Assembly: GCA_963804165.1 (NCBI GenBank)
Contig: CAWDPO010000003.1
Location: forward strand, 64,001 to 128,000
Direction: 5' to 3'
DNA: 64,000 bases
Source: an uncultured delta proteobacterium
GTDB lineage: Bacteria > Desulfobacterota > Binatia > UBA9968
In this document: positions 28,065 to 38,893 of the stretch, in pieces
How positions within the stretch are numbered: position 1 is the stretch's first letter
Layout of the letters: the number at the start of each line of letters is the position of its first letter
Translations under genes and position numbers: made by a program
The notes under the pieces: model-generated
The model's database searches: none
What the model was told of the DNA's origin: nothing
Seen by the model: only the letters and a program-made list of their open reading frames with translations

Positions 28065-28112
28065 CTAAGTCAGTTTCTTAGTGTATCAGAGAAGTGGGAT
28101 GAGCAGTCAAGA
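28065..28112 (-). promoter_or_regulatory. Putative promoter and operator of the glcG/rdhA-like operon
   Basis: Minus strand: TTGACT...TGA-TACACT (extended -10) followed by palindrome CTAAG-N7-CTTAG (28065-28081). Confidence 0.45.
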
Positions 28113-28258
28113 CCTATCTTCGCTGGTGTGATCATGGATTCCGTCATCCATTCGCACTGGCCGGTGCTTCCCTGTTAGCATTGCAAGCCAGACCAAGATG
28201 TCGGGCGCCCAGTAGCTGTGGCATCTCGTGACAATAGGGCGCCCAAAGGGAGGTTATT

Positions 28259-28744
28259 GTGTATCTGCGTACGGTGATTATCGTGTCGGTACTCGGGATT
28301 CTTGTCATGTTCGCTCTTTTGAACTGGAACGCCTTTACCACGGCAATGCCCCTTTCCGTGGGATTTACCACAGTGGAAGCGCCGCTCGGGCTGTTCTTGC
28401 TCGCAGTTATCGCGCTACTCACGGTGCTGTTTCTTATTTATGTTGTTTATTTGCAGTCCTCGACGTTGGTCGAAAGCCGGCGTCAAACACGCGAGCTGCA
28501 GGTCCAACGCGAACTTGCCCAAAATGCGGAAGCATCGCGCTTCCATCAATTGAAGATCGCCGTGGAAACCGCGCTGCGCGAGCAGAACAACCAAACGCTC
28601 GAATTTAAAAACACCGTTCTCGCGCGCCTCGAAGAGCTCGAGCGCGATTTGCGTTCGACGGTGGAGCAGTCGGGCAATTCAATCGCCGCCTATCTCGGTG
28701 AAATCGAAGATCAGTTCAAACGCGTCGCCGGCGGAAATAAATAG
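28259..28744 (+). CDS. LapA (DUF1049)-family membrane protein with coiled coil
   Basis: Two TM segments with FALLNW...LSVG...APLGL; GGAGG RBS. Confidence 0.8.
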   Translation: MYLRTVIIVSVLGILVMFALLNWNAFTTAMPLSVGFTTVEAPLGLFLLAVIALLTVLFLIYVVYLQSSTLVESRRQTRELQVQRELAQNAEASRFHQLKIAVETALREQNNQTLEFKNTVLARLEELERDLRSTVEQSGNSIAAYLGEIEDQFKRVAGGNK

Positions 28745-29043
28745 ATTTCATTGCGGCGACTTTCGACGGTTAAGACGATGCGCGAAACCCCGCGTCATGC
28801 TTCGCTAAAATTTTACGTTCCAGTATTGGTCTATTGTGCTAATTTGTATGGCGTCCAAAAGTAGTTTTGTAGAGTCCAAACAGTGGCAGCAGCTGAAAGG
28901 GGACTTTTCTCCATGCGATTCTCACCCCTCTTTCTTTGCCAAAGAAGGGAAGGGGAGATTTTAGGGCAGAATGTCGCGGCAATTCCATAGCGAACTTTAG
29001 GGACAGGGGAAGCAACAACGTCGACGTGAGCCGGTAATTTTTC

Positions 29044-29778
29044 ATGAACAGACTCCAAGATCAGGTCGCGATCATAACCGGCGGCAGCCGGGGAATCGGC
29101 CGCGCGGTCGCGCGGGCATTTGCCCGCGAAGGGGCACGGGTGGCGATTGCCGCGGTGGAGGATCGCAATGAACTTGAAACCGCGCGCAGGGAAATCGCAG
29201 ATCTAGGCGGCGACGTTGTTGCGACGTTGGCCGACGTGGCGCGCCGCGGCGACGTCGATCGGATGGTTCAAGCGGTCGTCGCCAAGTGGGGGAGCATCGA
29301 TGTTCTAGTCAACAACGCCGGGATCCTTCGCCTGGCGCCATTGGAACAGATTTCCGAAGAGAGGTGGGACGAGACTGTCGCCGTGCATCTGAAGGGTACG
29401 TTTAACTGTACCCAAGCGGTGTTGCCGTTCATGAAACAACAGCGCAAAGGCAAGATTATTAACATCGCGGCGCCGTCGGCGCTGCGCGGCTCGTACGGCG
29501 TGGCCGACTACGCCGCCGCCAAAGGCGGCATTATTGCGTTTACCCGCAACGCCGCCAACGAATTAAAATCCTACAACATTCAAGTCAACTGCATCTCGCC
29601 GACGGCGAATACGCGTATGACCGAGGCGTTGACCCAGTTTCGCCGCGAGCAACTCGGTGTCGCGCGGCGCGAGCGAGCCTTCGTCGCGCCCGAAGCGATC
29701 GCGCCGGCATTTATCTTCTTTGCCAGCTCCGACTCCGACTATGTTTCCGGCCAATTGCTGGAAGTGGGACGAATATGA
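29044..29778 (+). CDS. SDR family oxidoreductase
   Basis: TGGSRGIG, NNAG, YAAAK. Confidence 0.93.
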   Translation: MNRLQDQVAIITGGSRGIGRAVARAFAREGARVAIAAVEDRNELETARREIADLGGDVVATLADVARRGDVDRMVQAVVAKWGSIDVLVNNAGILRLAPLEQISEERWDETVAVHLKGTFNCTQAVLPFMKQQRKGKIINIAAPSALRGSYGVADYAAAKGGIIAFTRNAANELKSYNIQVNCISPTANTRMTEALTQFRREQLGVARRERAFVAPEAIAPAFIFFASSDSDYVSGQLLEVGRI

Positions 29779-29829
29779 ACTGAAATCACGGACCGGCGAC
29801 GGAGTCGGAGGAACGTCCGGTCACGCGAT

Positions 29830-31095
29830 TTAGTTTTTTGCGCTCACTCGCCACACTTTGCCGGCGCCGTCGTCGGCGACGAGCAACGACCCGTCCGTCC
29901 ACTCCGCCACGCCTACCGGACGGCCATAGACTTGGCTGGCTTTCTGGTTGGCGATAAATCCCGTGAGAAAATCTTCGAGAGGGCCGCTCGGCTTGCCGTT
30001 TTGAAAAGGGACGAAGGCAACTTTGTAACCCACCAGATCGGAACGGTTCCACGAACCGTGCATGCCGATGAAGGCGCCGCCGTGATAGCGCGCCGGAAAT
30101 GATTTTCCCCGGTAGAAAGCCAAACCGAGCGGCGCCACGTGGGAGCCCAAAGCAAAATCTGGTTTGATCGTCTTGGCGACGAGATCGGGGCGCTGGCCTT
30201 TCTTGCGCGGGTCTTCGTTCTGGCCGAAATAGGCGTAGGGCCAGCCGTAAAAAGCGCCGTCGCGGACGCTCGTTAGATAGTCGGGTACGAGCTCGTCACC
30301 GAGCATGTCGCGCTCGTTGACGATCGTCCATAAAGTATTCGTCCGCGGTTCCCAGTCCATACCGACGGGATTGCGCATGCCGGCGGCGAAAACTCGCATG
30401 CCGCTGCCGTCCGGACTGACTTGCAGAATAGCGGCGCGGCGCGGGTCCTTTTCATCGACACGCTGCTCGTCGACGTTGGTCGCCGAGCCGACCGCGATGT
30501 AAATTTTCTTGCCCGAGGGATCCACGAGCACGTTTCTCGTGTAGTGGCCGCCTCCGGGCAGATCGAGGACCTTTTCGGGCTGCCGTTTAATCTGCGTATC
30601 GCCGGCGCGGTAAGGAAACACGACGAGTTCGTCCGTATTGCCGACGTAGAAGCGATTGCCGATGAGCGCCATGCCAAAGGCCATGTTCAACCGGCGCAGG
30701 AAAGACTGCCGCAGGTTGGGTTTGCCGCTTTTCGTGGTATCGCGCAGCAACACGATGCGGCTGGGAGATTGTTGCGGCAGCGATTGCATGACCAAGACAT
30801 CGCCGTTCGGCAGGACGTAGATCATCCGTGGATTGTCCAATTCGTCGGCAAAGAGGCTGACCTCAAAGTTTCCGGGGGCTATCGGCGTCTTTCCCTTCGG
30901 CCAGGGAATCACCGTAGCCGGATTCGCCACCGCGCGCGTCGCGTTGGGGGGCGGCAGCACCAACTGCTCCGACGGGCCGGTCTCGATGACCTGGCGGGAC
31001 GCCGGTTCGGCCGCGAAGAGCCGCGGCGATGAGCGAGAAGGATGATTAACCGCAAAGAACGCCAAGGTCGCAAAAACGACAGGAAAAATTTTCAT
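29830..31095 (-). CDS. L-sorbosone dehydrogenase-like (PQQ sugar dehydrogenase) protein
   Basis: GMRNPVG, NERDMLGD..PDY, FYGWPY, HGSWNR, GRPVGV. Confidence 0.9.
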   Translation of the reverse strand: MKIFPVVFATLAFFAVNHPSRSSPRLFAAEPASRQVIETGPSEQLVLPPPNATRAVANPATVIPWPKGKTPIAPGNFEVSLFADELDNPRMIYVLPNGDVLVMQSLPQQSPSRIVLLRDTTKSGKPNLRQSFLRRLNMAFGMALIGNRFYVGNTDELVVFPYRAGDTQIKRQPEKVLDLPGGGHYTRNVLVDPSGKKIYIAVGSATNVDEQRVDEKDPRRAAILQVSPDGSGMRVFAAGMRNPVGMDWEPRTNTLWTIVNERDMLGDELVPDYLTSVRDGAFYGWPYAYFGQNEDPRKKGQRPDLVAKTIKPDFALGSHVAPLGLAFYRGKSFPARYHGGAFIGMHGSWNRSDLVGYKVAFVPFQNGKPSGPLEDFLTGFIANQKASQVYGRPVGVAEWTDGSLLVADDGAGKVWRVSAKN

Positions 31096-31143
31096 GATCT
31101 TGTTTATGCGGTTTCTGCGTCCTTTGCGGCTAAATTTGCATTG

Positions 31144-32430
31144 TTATTTCTTCGCGGTGACGCGCCAGATCTTGCCGCCGCTGTCATCGGCGACTAGAAG
31201 AGAGCCGTCGGACGCGACGGTTACGCCCACCGGACGGCCATAGGCTTCGAACTTGCTCTCATCGGCGATGAAACCGGTGAGGATATCTTCCAGCGGACCG
31301 GTGGGCTTGCCGTTTTCAAAACGGAGGAAAGCAACTTTAAAGCCGACCATCTTTGACCGGTTCCACGAGCCATGCATGCCGATGAATGCGCCGCCGCGAT
31401 ATTTCTCGGGAAATGCCTTGCCCTGGTAAAAGGCCAGACCGAGGGCGGCTACGTGGGAGCCGAGAGCGTAGTCTGGTTTGACCGCTTTGGCGACCAGGTC
31501 CGGCCGCTGGCCTTTCTTGCGCGGATCCTCGATCTGGCCGAAGTATGAATACGGCCAGCCGTAGAAGGCGCTGTCTTTTACGCTCGTCAAATAATCGGGA
31601 ACCAAATCGTCGCCGAGAAGGTCGCGCTCATTGACCACGGTCCACAGAGTCTTGGTACGCGGCTCCCAGTCCATGCCGACGGCGTTGCGCAGCCCCTTGG
31701 CGAATATTCTCATGCCGCTGCCGTCGGGATTGATCTCTAAGATTCCGGCGCGCCGCTGATCTTTCTCCCAGCCGTTTTCCTCGTCCACATTGGACGCGGA
31801 GCCGACCGCGACGTAGATTTTCTTTCCCGCCGCATCGGCGAGAAGGTTACGCGTGTAGTGGCCGCCGGCAGGAAGGTCGAGAATCTTCTCACCCTTGCCG
31901 TCAATTTTCGTTTGGCCGGCTTTGTACGGATAGCGAACCACGCCGTCGGTGTTGCCCACATAAAACCAGTTTCCGAGCGCCGCCATGCCGTGCGGCATAT
32001 TGAGTCCGGTCAAGAAAACCTCGCGGACTTCGGGTTTCCCGTCGCCATTGGTGTCGCGGAAAAGCGTGATCCGATTGGCCGATTTCTCGGGCCGATCCGC
32101 GCGCCCGGGCCACTCGCGAATGGCTTCGACGACAAGAATATCTTTATTCGGGAGCACATAAGCCTGACGGGGATTATCAAAGTTGTCGGCGAACAAGCTC
32201 ACTTCGAATCCCGGCGCCGGCGTTGGCATTTTTCCTCTCGGCCAGCCGACGACTTTCGAATTATTCCGGGCCGACGGAGTGTCGAAAGGCGCGGGGAGCT
32301 TAAGTCGGTCCACCGGGCCGGTGCCCGCGGGGTATTCAACGCCGGCTCGATCATTTTGAGTGATCGCGCAAGAGAAGATGGCAGCAGCCCCGATGATTGC
32401 GGCGATCGTGATGACATAGCGATGGATCAT
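31144..32430 (-). CDS. L-sorbosone dehydrogenase-like lipoprotein (tandem paralog)
   Basis: Lipobox-like IFSC; same motifs as the neighbouring gene. Confidence 0.9.
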   Translation of the reverse strand: MIHRYVITIAAIIGAAAIFSCAITQNDRAGVEYPAGTGPVDRLKLPAPFDTPSARNNSKVVGWPRGKMPTPAPGFEVSLFADNFDNPRQAYVLPNKDILVVEAIREWPGRADRPEKSANRITLFRDTNGDGKPEVREVFLTGLNMPHGMAALGNWFYVGNTDGVVRYPYKAGQTKIDGKGEKILDLPAGGHYTRNLLADAAGKKIYVAVGSASNVDEENGWEKDQRRAGILEINPDGSGMRIFAKGLRNAVGMDWEPRTKTLWTVVNERDLLGDDLVPDYLTSVKDSAFYGWPYSYFGQIEDPRKKGQRPDLVAKAVKPDYALGSHVAALGLAFYQGKAFPEKYRGGAFIGMHGSWNRSKMVGFKVAFLRFENGKPTGPLEDILTGFIADESKFEAYGRPVGVTVASDGSLLVADDSGGKIWRVTAKK

Positions 32431-32586
32431 GACGCTTTCCTCCTTGGGAAATTTTTACCGTCAAGCCGAGGGCTCACGACGGGAGTAACATATACAATAA
32501 ACTTCGGTTGCGGCGAAAGCGAGATCGCATTGGTTGTGCGCCGGGGCTGGTCCGTTCTAATATCGGCCCGGACTGCAGGAGGGTAC

Positions 32587-34008
32587 ATGCACTATCGTGA
32601 TTTGCGCGGTTGGCTGGAGGGGGTGGACTCGTTCGGCGAACTGCGCGTTATCGAAGGCGCCGACTGGAATCAAGAGATCGGCGCCGTGGCGGAAGTTGCG
32701 GCGCAGTCTCAGCCGCCGCCGGCGGTACTCTTCGACAAGATTAAAGACTATCCGGCGGGCCGCCGCGTCCTGACCGGCATTCACAATCCGACGCTAAAGC
32801 GCCAATGCCTGACCAATCATCTGCCGCTCGATTACAGCCGCGATCAATTCATCGACGCCTGGAAAAAGCGTCTGGACAATCCCACGCTTATTCCGCCCCG
32901 AGTCGTCGACTCCGGGCCGCTGCTGGAAAATGTTTTCGAAGGGAATGACATCGATCTCCTGTCCTTGCCGGCGCCGCATTGGCACGAGGGCGACGGCGGA
33001 CGCTATATGGGTTCCCTCGACATCACGATCAGCCGCGACCCCGACGAAGACTGGATCAATCTTGGCTGTTATCGTGTCATGGTGCACGACCGTGACACGC
33101 TCGCGCTCTATATTTCTCCCGGACATCACGGCAACATTCACCGGCAAAAATATTTCGATAAAGGCATGCCGTTTCCGGTGGCGATCAGCTTCGGTCCCGA
33201 TCCGTTGCTGTGGTTCTTCGGCCAGATGGAAATTCCCGCAGGGCAGTCGGAGTACGATTATGCCGGCGGGGTGCGCGGCGAGCCCTATGAGGTGATCCCA
33301 GGCAAGCATACCGGGCTGCCGATTCCAGCTTACTCCGAGATAGCGATCGAAGGCGAAGTGATTCCCGGAACGAAAATTCCCGAGGGTCCTTTCGGCGAAT
33401 TCACCGGCTACTATGCGGGCGGGTTGCGCTCCGAGCCGATGCTCAAAGTGAAGCGGCTCATGTATCGCAACGATCCGATCATCACCGGCGCGCCGCCGTT
33501 CAAGCCGGCGCCCGGCGCGGAAAACAATCTGATCCGCGCCGCTTATATTTGGCATTACCTCGACAAGGCCGGCGTGCCGGAGGTGCGTGGGGTCGCCTAT
33601 TATCAGACGCGCATGTTGGTCGTCGTGGCGATCAAACAGCGCTATCCGGGACATGCGCGGCAGGCGGCGCTGATCGCGTCGCAATGCCGAGCCGCCGCGC
33701 TGCTCACGCGTTACGTCGTCGTGGTCGACGAAGACATTGATATCTGGGACAGCAATGAGATTCTGTGGGCGCTGTGCACGCGCACCGATCCGGCGAAAGA
33801 TATCGATATCGTGCGCCGCTGCTGGAGCAACCCGATAGATCCGATTATCCCGCCGAGCGAGCGCGGCTTTCAGTCGCGCGGCATTATAGACGCCTGCAAG
33901 CCCTACGAGTGGATGAATGAATTCCCAAAAGTTTCCGGCGCCAGTGAAGAATTAAAAAAGAAAGTTACCGCGAAGTTCGGCGCGAGCCTGGCGGGCAAGA
34001 AGAATTAA
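32587..34008 (+). CDS. UbiD family decarboxylase
   Basis: DLRGWL, DGGRY, NLGCYR, EGPFGEFTGYY, VVVDEDID; AGGAGG RBS before ATG 32587. Confidence 0.93.
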   Translation: MHYRDLRGWLEGVDSFGELRVIEGADWNQEIGAVAEVAAQSQPPPAVLFDKIKDYPAGRRVLTGIHNPTLKRQCLTNHLPLDYSRDQFIDAWKKRLDNPTLIPPRVVDSGPLLENVFEGNDIDLLSLPAPHWHEGDGGRYMGSLDITISRDPDEDWINLGCYRVMVHDRDTLALYISPGHHGNIHRQKYFDKGMPFPVAISFGPDPLLWFFGQMEIPAGQSEYDYAGGVRGEPYEVIPGKHTGLPIPAYSEIAIEGEVIPGTKIPEGPFGEFTGYYAGGLRSEPMLKVKRLMYRNDPIITGAPPFKPAPGAENNLIRAAYIWHYLDKAGVPEVRGVAYYQTRMLVVVAIKQRYPGHARQAALIASQCRAAALLTRYVVVVDEDIDIWDSNEILWALCTRTDPAKDIDIVRRCWSNPIDPIIPPSERGFQSRGIIDACKPYEWMNEFPKVSGASEELKKKVTAKFGASLAGKKN

Positions 34009-34043
34009 GAATTTCAAACACAAGGAACACAAAGAAAAGCAAG

Positions 34044-34069
34044 GTAGGGGCGGACCTGCGTGTCCGCCC
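34044..34069. repeat. GTAG-type REP hairpin
   Basis: GTAG-GGGCGGAC-CTGCGT-GTCCGCCC. Confidence 0.65.
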
Positions 34070-34143
34070 GCATCGGTCCTGTAGAGGCAACCCCATTCCT
34101 CGACGGATTTTTTACCACGAAGCAGACGAAGGGACACGAAGAT

Positions 34144-35097
34144 TTGATAAAGAAAATATTCATTCGAGCGGTTGCGTTGCTTGTTGTATTCCTCGGTGTG
34201 TCGCAGGACGCGCACGCCCAGCCGAAGCCGTTGGAGAAAGTTCGCCTCACCGTACCGGCGAAATCGCTCACTTTTCTGCCGTATTACTTCGGCAAAGCGC
34301 AGGGAATGTTTGCCAAGGAAGGCATCGATCTGGAAATCATCATCATGCGCCCGCCACTCGGCGTGACCGCACTGGTGGCAGGCGATCTCGACTACACGGC
34401 GGCAGGCGGCTTGTCGTTTCGCGCCGCGATGAAAGGCGCACCGATTCGTACCATCGCATTCATTCAGACCCGCTTGAGTTTCAGCCTCATCGGTCAGCCC
34501 GGCATGACTCCGGCGCGGATTCGCAACGTCGCAGTTAGCGGCATCGGCTCGCTGGCGCATTACGCCGCGATCACCCTGATGAAGAGACTGGCCAATGAAA
34601 AAGTCGCTTACATTTCCACCAACACGACGGCGAACAGCTACACGGCGTTACTGGGAAAAGCCGCTGACGCCGCCATCGTGACGCCGCCGTATACGTCGAT
34701 GGCGACCTTGGCCGGGCATCCGGACTTTGGCAATACTTTTGACGTGCGCGACTTGCAGGGCGGGTTGGTGGCGCGAGTGCAATACATTCACGATCATCGC
34801 GATCGGGTGAAAGCGATGATCCGCGCAACGCTACGGAGCATGGACGCGCTCGTCAGAACCGAATCAGAAGCGCGTCTTTATTTGCAGCGGGATTTTGCAT
34901 TGGAACCGACGATCGCCGCAGACACCTATAAAATTCTCCGCCAGATCGTCAATTCTGACGGTGATATCGAGGAGCCGGTATTGAAATCGATCGTCGACAA
35001 GATTAAGCAGGAATCCGGCATCGTCGGGGAAATGCCGGCCGACCGGCTCGTTGATCTATCGCTACTGCGCGAAGTCCGCGCGGAAATGCGCAAGTGA
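34144..35097 (+). CDS. ABC transporter substrate-binding protein (NMT1/THI5-like)
   Basis: Signal peptide, FAKEGIDLE, ALVAGDLDY; start uncertain (TTG). Confidence 0.85.
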   Translation: MIKKIFIRAVALLVVFLGVSQDAHAQPKPLEKVRLTVPAKSLTFLPYYFGKAQGMFAKEGIDLEIIIMRPPLGVTALVAGDLDYTAAGGLSFRAAMKGAPIRTIAFIQTRLSFSLIGQPGMTPARIRNVAVSGIGSLAHYAAITLMKRLANEKVAYISTNTTANSYTALLGKAADAAIVTPPYTSMATLAGHPDFGNTFDVRDLQGGLVARVQYIHDHRDRVKAMIRATLRSMDALVRTESEARLYLQRDFALEPTIAADTYKILRQIVNSDGDIEEPVLKSIVDKIKQESGIVGEMPADRLVDLSLLREVRAEMRK

Positions 35098-35171
35098 TAA
35101 CTCAAGTGTTGCGCGAATGGTGCCTGCTTGATTATGATCTTTACGTTAAGCCATTTTGAGGGAGGTTAGCG

Positions 35172-35639
35172 ATGAGAACCTTATTCAGCATCATGATGTT
35201 TGTGGTGACATTGATTTTCGGCCAGACGGTCGCGTTTGCAGATCTACCCGAGCCGAAAGGTAAATCAGAGAATCCTAACATCGTCGCCGGACGCAAAGCG
35301 ATCGAAACGAAAGATTTCAAAGGCGCGGTGGGACATCTGTCCAAGGCCGTGCAGGAAGAGCCGAAAAATGCCGACGCGCACAGCATGCTCGGCTACAGCT
35401 ACCGAAAGGTCGGCACCTTCGATAAATCGATGGAACATTACCAGGCCGCGCTGAAGATCGACTCCAACCACCGGAGCGCGCAAGAATATCTCGGCGAACT
35501 CTATCTCGATATGAACCAGCCCGACAATGCCGAGAAGCAACTGGTGACGTTCAAAAAGGCTTGCCCGTTTTTCGGCAAGTGCGAAGAGTTCGAAGATTTG
35601 AAAAAGGCGATCGACGCTTATAAGGCGAAGAAAAAATAA
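35172..35639 (+). CDS. Secreted tetratricopeptide repeat protein
   Basis: Signal peptide, PKNADAHSMLGYSYRK, AQEYLGELYL. Confidence 0.88.
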   Translation: MRTLFSIMMFVVTLIFGQTVAFADLPEPKGKSENPNIVAGRKAIETKDFKGAVGHLSKAVQEEPKNADAHSMLGYSYRKVGTFDKSMEHYQAALKIDSNHRSAQEYLGELYLDMNQPDNAEKQLVTFKKACPFFGKCEEFEDLKKAIDAYKAKKK

Positions 35640-35762
35640 ATATTCGGTTCAAGGTTCCGGGTTCAAAGTTCAAAGGCGGATTTTAGGTCCTAGACTCAAA
35701 CCTTGAACCTTGAACGTTGAACTTTGAACGGGCCCCGCAATCACAGCAGCAGAGGCGACATC

Positions 35763-36480
35763 ATGGCTGAAGGATGTAAAAACCCGGATCGGCTTTGTCA
35801 GCGGCGGCACGAGCTCGATGCCGCATTACAATAGTTTCTTGCCCATCGTTCCCAAAGATGTCGAGATCGAGTTTCAAGGATTGCAGCTCTACGGCAAATC
35901 GCTTTACGAGATCTCGGATAAAAAAGAAATTATTCTGCGCCGGGTCCAAGAGTTTATCGACGAAAGAAAGTGGAATGGACTGATCCTTACGGCAGCGCCG
36001 ACGGAAGTCCTGAATCCCGGTCTCTATGACGACCTTAAAGCGGCTATCTCGATTCCTTTCACAACCGCATTGAATGCTTGTGTTGCCGCGCTCCGTGTGT
36101 ACCGTGCGCCGAAGGTGCTGTTGCTCACTCCGTTCGACGCGCGTTTAAACGATTTGATCGTCGCTCATCTCGCCAAGGCCGGAGTGACCGCGCTCGCGCC
36201 GCAATCCTTCGACGAGCTGGCCGTGCCGAAACGCATGACACCTGATGAAGTCTTCGAGCTGACGAAAAAGAATCTCGCGGCGGTCGGTAAAGTCGATGCG
36301 ATTTATTTTCAAGGCGCCGTGCTCGATCCGATCAAGTGCCTGGAGCGGATCGAGTCCGAGCTCGAAGCGACGGTTATCGCCAGCAATCCAGCGATGCTTT
36401 GGTACGTGTTATCCAAGTTGAACTTGTCCTTTCCAATGAGCGGGTATGGCCGTTTGCTGCGCGAGTGGCCGGCGCTCTGA
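35763..36480 (+). CDS. Asp/Glu racemase-fold (maleate isomerase-like) protein; apparent 1-nt insertion just after the start
   Basis: KTRIGFVS in frame upstream of ATG 35818, LLTPF, VIASNPAMLW, GYGRLL. Confidence 0.75.
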
Positions 36481-36549
36481 TAAAGGTTCCAATCGTTCAA
36501 AAAGTTCAAATCGTTCCAGTCGTTCAGGTCGGGGAGGCGAACGGTTCTG

Positions 36550-37371
36550 CTAGCCGAGAGTTTGCTTTAGCCAGTCCGTCACAATCTTCGAGACCTTCTC
36601 TTCCGCGCCGACGTAGAAGTGGTCGCAGTTGGACACAATCGCGACTTCGCACGGGCCGGAGCAGTTTTCTTTGAAGCGTTCGGCGGGATAATTTTCTACC
36701 GGTTCCTGGTCGCCGCGGATGAAGAGGACGGGGCATTTGATCCGCTTGGCGTTCTCTACCAAATCTGGCGCGTTGGTGAGGCGGTCGAGGTAGGTTCGTG
36801 CTGAGATCACCCATCACCAAGCCGGGATGAGCATGAGTTGCCGCGGTTTGGCGGCGGCCATTAATGCCTTGGCTTCTTTGATCTGCTCGTCGGTATTTCC
36901 CGCCAGAGAAAAGTTGCGCGCTGCCGTCGGATTGGTCATTCGGTTCCCGCCTGCATGGGCGGATAGCAAGATTAGCGCTTTGGTCTCCCGGATGGTTCGC
37001 CACATGCTCACTGGCGAGCACGCCGCCGTTGCTGTGACCGATGACGATGGGGTTGGTGAAGCCTTTGCTCGCCAAATACTTTGCCGCCAGTTTATTGTCT
37101 TCCACGCCTTCGGCGACCGTTTGATAAGCGCCGCCGACGCACTCGCGGCTATCATAGGTGCTCACCGAATCGTGGCCGCGCCGATTGAACGGCATGAATC
37201 ATAGCCAAGCGCGGTGATGTGCGGCGCGAGAAAGCGCGCGGCGCACACGTAAAAGTTCATCTGATTGCCGTGGCAATACATCGCTGCGCCCTTGCTCGAA
37301 CCGTCCGGTGTGTAGTAGGCAGCGTCTAAGGGATGGGTCGGCGTCGGTATGCTGATAAGTTCGGTTTTCAC
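36550..37371 (-). pseudogene. Alpha/beta hydrolase, frameshifted
   Basis: CHGN, NRRGHD, GHSNGG, CPVLFIRGD and DHFY across several frames. Confidence 0.75.
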
Positions 37372-37480
37372 GTGAATCTCCTTGCTGATTTAATTGACAG
37401 AGTTTATCGCTAAATGGATTTCGAGTACAAAGACTGACAGGTGTGACAGTTTATCGACGTACGTCGAGGTCAACCTGAGC

Positions 37481-37558
37481 GTCATTCCGGACGAGCTGGC
37501 GATAGCTAGCGAGATCCGGAATCCAGGTAAGGCGGGGAGTCCGGATTCACGCCTGCGC
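37481..37558. repeat. REP-like repeat
   Basis: GTCATTCCGG...GATCCGGAATCCAG...GGATTCACGCCTGCG. Confidence 0.55.
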
Positions 37559-37640
37559 AAGTACGAAACGACTGATGCCCGCATTCAATTTCGAGCTAAA
37601 ACCAAAGTGGGTCATGCAGGAGATAAAATAGGAGAAGGTT

Positions 37641-38771
37641 ATGGTTGATGAAAAAAGAGCGCCGTTTCGCGCCAATCATGTCGGCAGTTTGTTGCGTCCG
37701 CCCGAGTTGCGCCAGGCGCGTGAGAAGCGCGAGAAGGGCGAGATCAGTGCGGCGCAGTTGCGGGAGGTCGAGGATCGCTGCATCCGCGATGCGGTAAAAA
37801 TGCAGGAAGACGTCGGTATGCAGGGCATCACCGACGGCGAATTTCGCCGGACTCTCTGGCATGCCGATTTTCTGAGCCAGATCGAAGGGGTGAAAGTTGT
37901 CGAAGGACTGCTGCCCGACTCGGCCAAACATTTTCAAAATCCCGATGCCGACGTGCAGCGTTCGCCGACTCAATTTGTCGTCACTGGCACGCTGCGTCAT
38001 TCGCATGGAATTGAAGTCGACAATTTCAAATTCCTCAATTCGCTGACTAAGCAGACGCCCAAGCAGTGTATCCCGTCGCCATCGCTGGTGCATTTTCGCA
38101 CCGGCCGGGCCGGCGTGGATAAGACGGCATATCCTAATATAGAGAATTTCTTCATCGACCTGGCGCGAGTTTATCGCGAGGAAATCGCTCAACTTGCCCA
38201 GGCAGGCTGCACCTATCTGGAGATCGATGATGTGAATTTTGCCTATCTCTGCGATCCCAAGATGCGCGAAGGGGCAAAGAAGATCGGCGAAGACCCGGAC
38301 CAACTGCCGGCGCTGTATGCCGAGCTGATCAACGAGTGCATCAAAGATCGCCCGGCGAACATGTCGGTATGCACGCACCTTTGCCGCGGTAATTTTCGCA
38401 GCTCCTGGGTCGCTGAAGGGGGTTACGATCCGGTCGCCGAAGTTTTGTTTAACGCATTGAAGGTCGACGGTTATTTTTTGGAATTCGATACGCCGCGAGC
38501 GGGAAACTTCGCGCCACTACGTTATTTGCCCAAAGATAAAAAGCTGATCCTCGGGCTGGTGACGTCCAAGACCGGCGCCTTGGAAAATCCTGACGACCTG
38601 AAACGGCGCATCGACGAGGCCAGCAAGCTAGTGCCCCTCGATCAACTCGGCATCAGCCCGCAGTGCGGTTTTTCCAGCACGGTGCTCGGCAACAAACTGA
38701 CGATCGACGATCAGATAGCGAAGCTAAGACTGATCGTCGAAGTTGCGCGGGATGTTTGGGGATCGGTGTGA
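37641..38771 (+). CDS. Cobalamin-independent methionine synthase catalytic-domain protein (YxjH/MetE-like)
   Basis: HVGSLLRP, TDGEFRR, HLCRGN, LEFD, SPQCGF zinc ligands. Confidence 0.92.
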   Translation: MVDEKRAPFRANHVGSLLRPPELRQAREKREKGEISAAQLREVEDRCIRDAVKMQEDVGMQGITDGEFRRTLWHADFLSQIEGVKVVEGLLPDSAKHFQNPDADVQRSPTQFVVTGTLRHSHGIEVDNFKFLNSLTKQTPKQCIPSPSLVHFRTGRAGVDKTAYPNIENFFIDLARVYREEIAQLAQAGCTYLEIDDVNFAYLCDPKMREGAKKIGEDPDQLPALYAELINECIKDRPANMSVCTHLCRGNFRSSWVAEGGYDPVAEVLFNALKVDGYFLEFDTPRAGNFAPLRYLPKDKKLILGLVTSKTGALENPDDLKRRIDEASKLVPLDQLGISPQCGFSSTVLGNKLTIDDQIAKLRLIVEVARDVWGSV

Positions 38772-38893
38772 GCCGATGCGACTATTTTCATCAGCGCTGC
38801 GCAACGTGGGCTAAAGTCCGGTTCTCTCTTGCGACGCCTGGTTGCGGAAGTTTTGCCCATTTGCTAATTCATGGACAAATTAAAGGGGGCATT

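Noticed and set aside
28120-28200. Possible cobalamin riboswitch upstream of the B12-enzyme operon (AACAGGGAA on the minus strand)
   Set aside because: The rest of the consensus (CCCGC.ACTGT, B12 box) is missing and the motif lies upstream of the predicted promoter; an Rfam search would settle it
31858-32586. N-terminal extension making a 716-aa UbiD
   Set aside because: It is antisense to the sorbosone dehydrogenase gene; the RBS supports ATG 32587
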